A DNA stretch of 64,000 nucleotides from a virus (Duplodnaviria; Caudoviricetes), in the IMG/VR virus record IMGVR_UViG_3300028887_000075, positions 96,001 to 160,000 of that record; one strand, given 5' to 3'. Each line of letters begins with the position of its first letter. Positions within the stretch are counted from its first letter, which is position 1. Shown here in pieces: positions 56,769 to 64,000 of this stretch. Under the pieces are notes generated by a model. The model had not been told where the DNA came from, searched no databases, and saw only the letters and a list, made by a program, of their open reading frames with translations. The translations under genes were made by a program, and so were the position numbers.

Positions 56769-58109
56769 ATGGACTTTTCCAAGAAGATTGAAACACGAAT
56801 CGGCGAGCTTCTCGAGAAGAAGCGCGAGTTCAACGTCCTCTACGTCGGGGACAACACTTCCCGCCTGTCCTGCGTGCGCGGACTTACCGCCATGCAGCAG
56901 TTCAAGTCGTTCTACAGCTCCATTGCGAGCGTGTCGGTCACTACGATGGACAGCAAGACCTTCTGCAAGTCCAGGCCGAACCTCGACAGCTTCGGTATCG
57001 TCTGGGTCGACAACGTAATCAACCGCCAGTTCAACGACACGCTCCTCGCCCTCATCGGCGAATCCTTCGACCGCAAGGAACCGGGATGGCGTGACGAGGG
57101 CAAAGCTCTTGCCGGTGACCTCCGCGCGCAGTTCGACAAGGAAGCCAACGAGTACCGTTCCCTCCTCACCCACGTAGTATACTCCCTGGATGAGTTCGTA
57201 TGGGATGCCCCGGCTGCCCGCAATCGTACAATCATCGAGGCCCGCACGGTGGCCGACTGTGTGAGCTACGCCGACACGGTGGTCGTGCCGAACAACGAGA
57301 TGCGCACCGCCCTCGTCCAGCTCCAGCTGGCCGACGAGGACAAGGATATCCAGATTATCCCGAGCTTCGTATCCTCCCAGTTCTACCCGACGCACAAGGT
57401 TTTCCTCAAGTCGAAGACCGGGTCGACCGTAATCAACCGCCCGAAGGTGCTCGTCAAGGGAACGGAAATCCCGAAGAATGTCCAGAACTTCATCATTCAC
57501 GGAACGGACGACTACGACTTCACAATCTGCACCGTCGGTGAGCTCGACCAGCGCCTGATGGAACTTCTCCGTCCGCGCAGCAAGAAGGAAGGACCGCTTG
57601 TCCGCAACCTGATGCACTGGGCCAACCCGTATGTGACCGCCGACAACATGGCGGAAACCATGGCTATGGAACGAGACGCCGGCTTCGACTTCGTTATTCT
57701 CACAGGTCCAGACGACTATGCCGACGATATCTACAACGTCACCATTACCGATACCGATGCCCTGCTTGCCATCTCCGCAGGTTCTGTAGTGTTCGCCCAG
57801 ATTGAAAAGGCTGGGTTCGCCAAGGGAATCCACCTCTGCAACGAGACGGGCGAGGACTTCATCTTCAGCGAAGAGACCAAGGTCAAGGAACTGAAGGACC
57901 GTATCGAGAAGTGGCGTATCACGGTCAACTGGGACGAGGCCTACACCAAGCAGCGTACCCTCCTCGAACACCGCCTGGTGTCCGACCCGCAGGTTCTCGC
58001 AGGATTCTTCCACGCGATGCTCGGCCGCAGGGTCAGCACCGAGATGAAGGGCCGTTTCGACGAGGCGATGGCCAAGTCAAAGAAGGCTGAAGACAATGCC
58101 GACGTTTAA
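56769..58109 (+). CDS. glycosyltransferase-like (GT-B fold) protein, divergent
   Basis: VYSLDEFVW...ADTVVVPNNEM...IQIIPSFV pattern. Confidence 0.5.
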   Translation: MDFSKKIETRIGELLEKKREFNVLYVGDNTSRLSCVRGLTAMQQFKSFYSSIASVSVTTMDSKTFCKSRPNLDSFGIVWVDNVINRQFNDTLLALIGESFDRKEPGWRDEGKALAGDLRAQFDKEANEYRSLLTHVVYSLDEFVWDAPAARNRTIIEARTVADCVSYADTVVVPNNEMRTALVQLQLADEDKDIQIIPSFVSSQFYPTHKVFLKSKTGSTVINRPKVLVKGTEIPKNVQNFIIHGTDDYDFTICTVGELDQRLMELLRPRSKKEGPLVRNLMHWANPYVTADNMAETMAMERDAGFDFVILTGPDDYADDIYNVTITDTDALLAISAGSVVFAQIEKAGFAKGIHLCNETGEDFIFSEETKVKELKDRIEKWRITVNWDEAYTKQRTLLEHRLVSDPQVLAGFFHAMLGRRVSTEMKGRFDEAMAKSKKAEDNADV

Positions 58110-58368
58110 TTACTACGCGGTGAAATACGACGTCAGGAGCTTCGAGGCCGACCCGGAAAGACCGGGCCGGTCCCTTTCTTACGCGGATAGGGATGTTGCG
58201 GCTCCAGTAATTCTTGATAAACGGTTTGACACCCCGGAATCTGCTCAGGCATATATCGATGCGCTGATGTCCGGTGACCGTGGCGAGGAGGTCGAGCTGA
58301 CCCTCGCGAACGGGGGACAGTACAAGGGTCCCAGATACTTTTATACAATGGGGAGTTCAATCACATGA
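58096..58368 (+). CDS. hypothetical protein
   Basis: Overlaps both neighbours in operon fashion. Confidence 0.6.
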   Translation: MPTFNYYAVKYDVRSFEADPERPGRSLSYADRDVAAPVILDKRFDTPESAQAYIDALMSGDRGEEVELTLANGGQYKGPRYFYTMGSSIT

Positions 58369-60155
58369 GCGAAGAATTTAACCAGTACGACACTGCCAGG
58401 TTCGGCGAGGAGACCCGCCAGCTGCTGGCTACGGGAATATCAGCCCTGGCGGCACAGGAGTCCATGGGCCTGGCTACCGATGCCAACGCCGAGATTCGCC
58501 GCCGGGAGGCCGCGGAACTTGCCGCGGACATGGAAAGGAAGAACAAGGAGAACCAGCTCCGCAGGGCTGCCGCGGTTACCGGTGGCCTCCCGGAGACCCC
58601 GGCTACTGCCGACCAGAAGCCCAAGCTGAAGGGCCGCAGGAAGAAGTCGATGCCCAAGCAGGAGCCGTCCAAGATTATGCCCGCTTCGCATATCCCGGAG
58701 CAGCCGGTAGCGGCCCCGCAGGCCCCCGCCCCGCAGCCACAGCAGCTGCCTCCAGGCCTTACCGAGGCGGACCTGGCGCTCATCGAGCAGGTGAAGGCTT
58801 CTCGCAACAGGGCTGTAGGCAATTTCCTGGAGTCGCATGATACCGTTCATCCGAACGCCTATGATGCACGTCCCGTGCAGCCGGCACAGCAGCCGGTACA
58901 GCAGCCGCAACATCAGCAGTGGGCATCGAATCCTGGACAGCAGGAGCGTGCCGTGCTGAACGAGCGCCAGGCCATGGCATACAACGGGCAGGACAATCCC
59001 GCATACGGACAGCCGGCACAGTTCGGCGCCCCGGTGCAGTTCCAGCCGGCCCAGCGGCAACAGCCGCAGTTCAATTTCCAGCAGCCTCCTGTGCAGGCCC
59101 CGGTGCAGCCACAGTATACCTATGTCCAGCAACCGTCTCAGACTGCAGTGCTTCCCCCGGAGATGTCCTATGTCCCCCCGCAGCCGGCTCCCCAGCAGGT
59201 ACCGGAATATTACTGGTGGGAAGACGAGGTAGACCCCGATGCTCCCGAGGATGAACCGGAAGGCTCCGGGACGGCACCGGAAGCCCCGGTGCAGGAAATG
59301 AAGCCGTCCGTCGAGCCTACGGTCGTGCATGCCACCAGTCCGGCCCCGTTCGACCCGGGAGTTCCCGACAGGGCCTTCGCCGCGTTCAGCGAGATTACCG
59401 GGTTCCCGTCGCAGGGACTGTTCTATACCGACAGGCTGTTCGGCCAGGGCCTTACGACCGTCGATGCCGACATGCTCAGCGCGATGGACCCGGACGACCC
59501 GCTGGAGGTGGCCAACACGTTCACCGCAATAATCGGCCGCAGGGTACGCGGAATCAACCCGGAGGACATCCTGTCCGCCGACGAGGAGTTCCTCGTCTAC
59601 TGGCTGAGGGAGTCGACGTACCTTACCGAGTCTCTTCCCAAGCCGAGGTTCAAGTGCGAGCACTGCGGGACATACGTTACCAACCGGGAGCAGTTTGACG
59701 TGATTGGACGGCTAGGCTTCACCAACCAGGAGTTCACCACGGAGAGCGACCCTGCTGCCGTAGCGGCCATGCATGCAGCCGAGGGATTCGTCAGGTACAC
59801 CCTGTTCGACGGGAGGGAATGCGCCATCTACCTGCGCCGCAGGAAGCACGACCGCGCCATCGCCGAGTACATGGACAGCTGGGAGAAGGCCAACAAGAAG
59901 ATTTACCCGGTATACCGGGCGTTCAACACCAGCATAGCCTCGTTCATCGAGATTGAGGACTGCGATACCATGAGCGAGAAGATTAGGTTCCTCGAGGAAT
60001 ACCCGCTGTCCAAGAGGCAGGAATTCCTCAAGGCCGTCTACGACGCCCAGGTGGTGTCAAAGACCTTCCTGAACATCAAGTGTCCGAAGTGCGGAGGTGT
60101 GGCCCGTGTGCCGTACTCCTTTCAACCCGCACCGTTCGTGGCCAGTCTACGATAG
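58365..60155 (+). CDS. baseplate hub assembly-like protein (gp26/gp51-like C-terminus) with long Gln/Pro-rich N-terminus
   Basis: FPSQGLFY, DEEFLVYWLR, CEHCG and CPKCG motifs. Confidence 0.65.
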   Translation: MSEEFNQYDTARFGEETRQLLATGISALAAQESMGLATDANAEIRRREAAELAADMERKNKENQLRRAAAVTGGLPETPATADQKPKLKGRRKKSMPKQEPSKIMPASHIPEQPVAAPQAPAPQPQQLPPGLTEADLALIEQVKASRNRAVGNFLESHDTVHPNAYDARPVQPAQQPVQQPQHQQWASNPGQQERAVLNERQAMAYNGQDNPAYGQPAQFGAPVQFQPAQRQQPQFNFQQPPVQAPVQPQYTYVQQPSQTAVLPPEMSYVPPQPAPQQVPEYYWWEDEVDPDAPEDEPEGSGTAPEAPVQEMKPSVEPTVVHATSPAPFDPGVPDRAFAAFSEITGFPSQGLFYTDRLFGQGLTTVDADMLSAMDPDDPLEVANTFTAIIGRRVRGINPEDILSADEEFLVYWLRESTYLTESLPKPRFKCEHCGTYVTNREQFDVIGRLGFTNQEFTTESDPAAVAAMHAAEGFVRYTLFDGRECAIYLRRRKHDRAIAEYMDSWEKANKKIYPVYRAFNTSIASFIEIEDCDTMSEKIRFLEEYPLSKRQEFLKAVYDAQVVSKTFLNIKCPKCGGVARVPYSFQPAPFVASLR

Positions 60156-60348
60156 GAAGGCGCTCATAAAGAACAAGTGCATCATTTCCGAGATGACGTC
60201 CAACACGTTCGCCGACTGCGACAGGATGTTCTTCTCGGAGTTCCTCGAACTTGCCCGGTATGCGGCGAAGCGGTTCACCGCCGAGCACTACATACCCGAC
60301 CAGGGGGAGGAACTGTCCAATTATGGATAGTTTGCTATATTTGTGGAT

Positions 60349-60831
60349 ATGATTGAACGGCTCTATATTGACATGGACGGCGTGATGGTCGACTTCGACG
60401 GGCGCGTGGACGAGCTCGGGTGCCGGCTGGCTCCCGGTAAGCACCCGTCGTATGTCGACTGGAACCGGGTTAAGGAAATCGGGCCGGACTTCTGGGCGAC
60501 GATGCAGTGGTTCCCGGAGGGGAAGGCGTTCTTCGAGGAGTGCCAGCGGGTCTGCCGGGAGAACGGCATCGAGATGGGAATCCTTACCGCCATATCCATT
60601 CCTGCCGGTGTCAAGGGGAAGAGCCTGTGGGTTCACTGGAATACGGACCTCGACAACGAGCACCTGATTATCGTGCCTCATGGATATGACAAGTACCGCT
60701 TTGCCGCTCCCGGGCGTGTCCTGGTGGATGACGACCCGAGGAACATTTCCGACTGGAATGCCGCCGGTGGCACCGGGATACTCTACAAGGACGCTTCCGG
60801 CGCCTTCCGGGAGATTCTCGGGCTAATCTAG
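60349..60831 (+). CDS. HAD-family 5'(3')-deoxyribonucleotidase, probably leaderless
   Basis: IDMDGVMVDF, ILTA and LVDDDPRNISDWNAAGGTGI motifs. Confidence 0.85.
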   Translation: MIERLYIDMDGVMVDFDGRVDELGCRLAPGKHPSYVDWNRVKEIGPDFWATMQWFPEGKAFFEECQRVCRENGIEMGILTAISIPAGVKGKSLWVHWNTDLDNEHLIIVPHGYDKYRFAAPGRVLVDDDPRNISDWNAAGGTGILYKDASGAFREILGLI

Positions 60832-60857
60832 CAGAAATCAGGTTTTTCCATAGAACG

Positions 60858-60882
60858 GGGCCGCCTTCCGGGGCGGCCCTTT
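60858..60882 (+). terminator. GC hairpin / terminator next to an ATAAACT promoter
   Basis: GGGCCGCC/GGCGGCCC stem followed by TTT. Confidence 0.6.
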
Positions 60883-60915
60883 CGGGTATAAACTACCGAA
60901 TTGAGGATATACCCC

Positions 60916-62928
60916 ATGGCAAATACCGCACAGACATCAGCGGCTACCGCTGCCGAGCAGGAAACGATAAAGGCTATCGAGCAGAAGCTTTCCGGCCTCA
61001 GTTCCATAATGGAAGGCTTCAAGAACGGCATGACCGAATTTGCCAAGGTAATGACCGACGAGAAGAGCCAGTTCTTCCAGAATATGTCTAGCATCATGTT
61101 CGGCTCTATGCAGAGGAACGATGCCGACCGTCGTGCATACGAGGAGGCGAAGGCCCAGCACGAGGAAACCAGGAAGATGGCTATGGGGGCCAGGGGTCCA
61201 GAGCGGGGACAGGCGGGATTCTGGGAAGCGGCCTTCGCGGCCACCCCTGATAAACCGGAGGAAATTCAGGCAAGGGCCACCATCAAGGCACTTACTTCTG
61301 ACGACGTCAAGAAGCATATGCAGGAGGCTTTTTCCACCGCTACCATAAAGAATGCCGTGAGTGAAGGCGATTCGCGCACTACAGGCGAGAAGGCACTGGA
61401 TTTCATGGGTTTGGGATTCATTAACAAGATTAAGAACCGAATTCAGGACCGTGACATCATACATGAGGAAAAGGCCAACAAGAAGGACAAGGATTCCATT
61501 GCAAGGGATATGCGCGAGAAGGCGAGGTTGGAAGCGGCAATCAGGAAAGCAAAGGGTCCGGACGGTACCGGCGAGGATGCCATTGAGCTCGTTGAACGGC
61601 TGCGCGAGGTAAATTCCAATATCAAGGATGCCGAAGGAAGGCTCGATGCGCGAAAGCGTGCCGCCGACCCGTATTCTGACCTTATCGAGGGTGACGGGCT
61701 TGATGCCCGGTTTATCGACGGCAAGGGCGTGGTAATAGGCGATTCCAAGGGGAAACTGGCCGATACACTTGACAATCCAAGTTCACCCCTTAAGGTAACC
61801 GATTCAAAATCTGATAAGGACGACGATAAGAAACGGTCGATATCAGGAGTAGACGAGGAAGCTGCTGCGGAGGTCGAATATGAACTCAACACTAAGGCCC
61901 GTCCTGATTTCTACAAAGAAGGCACCGAGGCATTCAAGGCTATTAATGATGGAGAACTTAGTTCCGGCATAGCATCGTCGGTGAGCAGCGGATTGATGTC
62001 AGGTGTAGGTAGTGGGGTCGGCAAGGGAATTGCGGACAGCCTGATGCCTACATTCATGGACAAGGCAAAATCCAAGTTCTTCCGCAAGGATGCAGAGGGC
62101 GCATTCCCGTCAGGCGAAACCGGCGACGCAAAGGAGATTGCCGACACCGAAAGATACCTAAATACCCAGTTAAGGCCGGACTTCTACAAGGAAGGCATAC
62201 GGGCATTCAAGGTAATTAATTCCGGTAAGCTCAAAGTAGGCGAAGGTGAGTCGGGGAACAACGAAAGCCTGATTGATACGTTCAAGGACATGGTGCCGGA
62301 TTTACCTGAGCTACCCGGTAAACAGAAGGTCAAGGAAGTGGTTGACTTCATTAAGGAAGGACCAAATGGCGCCTCAAAGAATATCAAGGCATTTCTTGAT
62401 AGTACCGTTGAGAATCTGGAAAATAGTAAACGTGGTTGGGATAACGAGCAGAAAGATGCCATGATAGCTCATACCAAGGCTGAAAAGGAGCTAGAAGAAG
62501 GCAAGCTGTTCGGATTTACGATGCCATGGCAGTTCCGGCAGGTAGCCAAGGTTAAGAAAGCCAAGGTAGAAATGGATGAAGCCTCTAAAAAGTTTGGTGA
62601 ATTCACCAAGGCGGCAAGGGAAAGGGGAATATCGTTCGATGACCAAGAAGCTATGATGAAGTTCAAGGACGAGTATGACCATGCTAAGGGTGGAACGGGC
62701 ACTGCAGGAAATGCAGGCAAGCAGATGCCGCCAAACGCTACTACTCCTGGAGAATCGGTTGACCCCCGCAAGTCAGAAACTGCTGATGAAAAGACAGCGC
62801 GCGAAGAGGAGACTCTGTTCCGTGCCGTCAAACGAGCATTGACGGATGTCGATGTGCAGAAGCAGAATTTGGAAAATGCCAAGGTGACTGGCCAGCAGAT
62901 TGACCAGTCATTGACCGGGAGGAAGTAA
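60916..62928 (+). CDS. long helical virion protein (tape-measure or baseplate-hub-like)
   Basis: Coiled-coil; internal repeat LNT..RPDFYKEG..AFK.IN.G.L x2; context. Confidence 0.55.
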   Translation: MANTAQTSAATAAEQETIKAIEQKLSGLSSIMEGFKNGMTEFAKVMTDEKSQFFQNMSSIMFGSMQRNDADRRAYEEAKAQHEETRKMAMGARGPERGQAGFWEAAFAATPDKPEEIQARATIKALTSDDVKKHMQEAFSTATIKNAVSEGDSRTTGEKALDFMGLGFINKIKNRIQDRDIIHEEKANKKDKDSIARDMREKARLEAAIRKAKGPDGTGEDAIELVERLREVNSNIKDAEGRLDARKRAADPYSDLIEGDGLDARFIDGKGVVIGDSKGKLADTLDNPSSPLKVTDSKSDKDDDKKRSISGVDEEAAAEVEYELNTKARPDFYKEGTEAFKAINDGELSSGIASSVSSGLMSGVGSGVGKGIADSLMPTFMDKAKSKFFRKDAEGAFPSGETGDAKEIADTERYLNTQLRPDFYKEGIRAFKVINSGKLKVGEGESGNNESLIDTFKDMVPDLPELPGKQKVKEVVDFIKEGPNGASKNIKAFLDSTVENLENSKRGWDNEQKDAMIAHTKAEKELEEGKLFGFTMPWQFRQVAKVKKAKVEMDEASKKFGEFTKAARERGISFDDQEAMMKFKDEYDHAKGGTGTAGNAGKQMPPNATTPGESVDPRKSETADEKTAREEETLFRAVKRALTDVDVQKQNLENAKVTGQQIDQSLTGRK

Positions 62929-64000
62929 ATGGCTAACCAGAAGACAGTGAATAGGTACAAGCAGTTTCCGCTGCATACCGACACGAAGTATCATTCGTCG
63001 CACCTCCCGTTACCTAACGTAGTGAGGATAGAGGTCCTTTCTCCTGCAGCGAAGGCCAGGTACCTTGGTAAGTTCCATAGTATGATGGACGGTTTCCGGC
63101 AGAAGCTGACGGAATCAATGATGCCGCCCGATGCCAACATGCCGTTTTATGCCTTCTTTGACCCTATGGAGAACGGCGACATCGGGTTTGATGTTAGTTC
63201 CACCTGGGATACTACGCAGAATGCTGGGTTGAATGCCGGCGTTGCCCTGGTAAAGAAACTGCCTGTTATTGGTGATACAGTCGGTGGCGTAGCCGAGAAG
63301 GGCGCCAGCATATTCAACCAGGGTGCACGGTTCATGGGGTTCAACAACGACAGTACCGGTTCCTGCACTATGAAGGAATTTACCAAGTCCGAATTTACAT
63401 TCACCAAGAACATCAGGTGCAGCTGGTATATGCCGGAACAGGAGGATATGGCCCGTGTTTCACTTTCCCGGCTTATCCGTATGGCCTATGTGCGTAACTT
63501 CGACATGGACAAGCGAAATAACTTTGGCACCAAGCTGGCCGAGGCATTGAAGACTATTCCCAAACAGATTAACGCAGTAAACCAGGCAGGTGAAGGAACT
63601 AGTAGCATGGCAGGTGATTTCGTCGGTGGTCTGGCCGATAAGGGTATTGCATGGGCATCAAGCAAGGTGGGTGGGCTAGTTGATTCAGGAATAGTGAATA
63701 AGGTCATTTCCGGCGCGGCCAGAACAGGCATCTCACTGAATGAATATTTCGGAGGGTCACTGACCGTTAACCCGTTACCGGTAAGGTTGACTATGGGCCA
63801 CCAGCTTGATATTGAACCACTGGTGATTACTAACATCAAGATATCGGGTAGTCAGGAACAGTTCATGACCACTGATGGAAGCAATATCCCGTTGTTTGTC
63901 AATGTAGATATTACATTCGCAATGTGGATGATACCTGACCCGAACAAGGGCTTCGTACAGTACCTGGGAGATGATATTTTCAATGTCGGGTATTCTGCTG
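62929..64000 (+). CDS. partial CDS running off the right edge, probable baseplate/tube-initiator-type protein
   Basis: ATG directly after the previous TAA; MANQKTVNRYKQFP...; open to the window end. Confidence 0.6.
   Translation, partial: MANQKTVNRYKQFPLHTDTKYHSSHLPLPNVVRIEVLSPAAKARYLGKFHSMMDGFRQKLTESMMPPDANMPFYAFFDPMENGDIGFDVSSTWDTTQNAGLNAGVALVKKLPVIGDTVGGVAEKGASIFNQGARFMGFNNDSTGSCTMKEFTKSEFTFTKNIRCSWYMPEQEDMARVSLSRLIRMAYVRNFDMDKRNNFGTKLAEALKTIPKQINAVNQAGEGTSSMAGDFVGGLADKGIAWASSKVGGLVDSGIVNKVISGAARTGISLNEYFGGSLTVNPLPVRLTMGHQLDIEPLVITNIKISGSQEQFMTTDGSNIPLFVNVDITFAMWMIPDPNKGFVQYLGDDIFNVGYSA

Noticed and set aside
20552-59663. Long antisense ORFs (e.g. 20552-21718, 49274-50221, 56718-58013, 58440-59663)
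   Set aside because: Shadow frames of GC3-rich real genes; no motifs, promoters or RBS
1-64000. Stop-codon reassignment
   Set aside because: Core genes are full length in code 11 and end in TAA, TAG and TGA
1-64000. tRNA, rRNA or tmRNA genes
   Set aside because: No cloverleaf or T-loop signature recognised in the intergenic gaps; tRNAscan was not run

Overview
A 64 kb segment of a large lytic myovirus with distantly T4-like core genes, standard genetic code, mostly on the + strand. The host is inferred, not shown, to be FCB-group (e.g. Fibrobacter/Bacteroidota-like) from the TAnnTTTG-type promoter and a YxxP-leader peptide. About 1-20 kb is an accessory region of small ORFs, including a Thg1-like 3'-5' polymerase, a NUDIX hydrolase, a DUF1848-like Fe-S protein and several degenerate copies of core phage proteins. 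About 20-64 kb interleaves replication/recombination genes (UvsX, DnaB/gp41, RuvC-like, gp32, gp61 primase, gp45-like clamp, a second DnaN-like clamp, PolB, ThyX, gp44/gp62, UvsY, gp47) with virion genes (1250 aa tail sheath, tail tube, baseplate-like, probable TerS). Best leads: (1) a repeated 'promoter inside a hairpin' design that would block translation of about nine probable late genes on read-through mRNA; (2) apparently inactive paralogs of the terminase ATPase, prohead protease and DnaB motifs in the accessory region, possibly decoys; (3) an ORF-less IS200/IS605 element with both ends intact, plus two more right-end copies; (4) a 53 aa His/Cys-rich RiPP-like peptide missing from the ORF track; (5) two different sliding-clamp folds flanking a protein with a T4-type clamp-binding tail. 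All family calls come from motif recognition by eye; no database searches were run.
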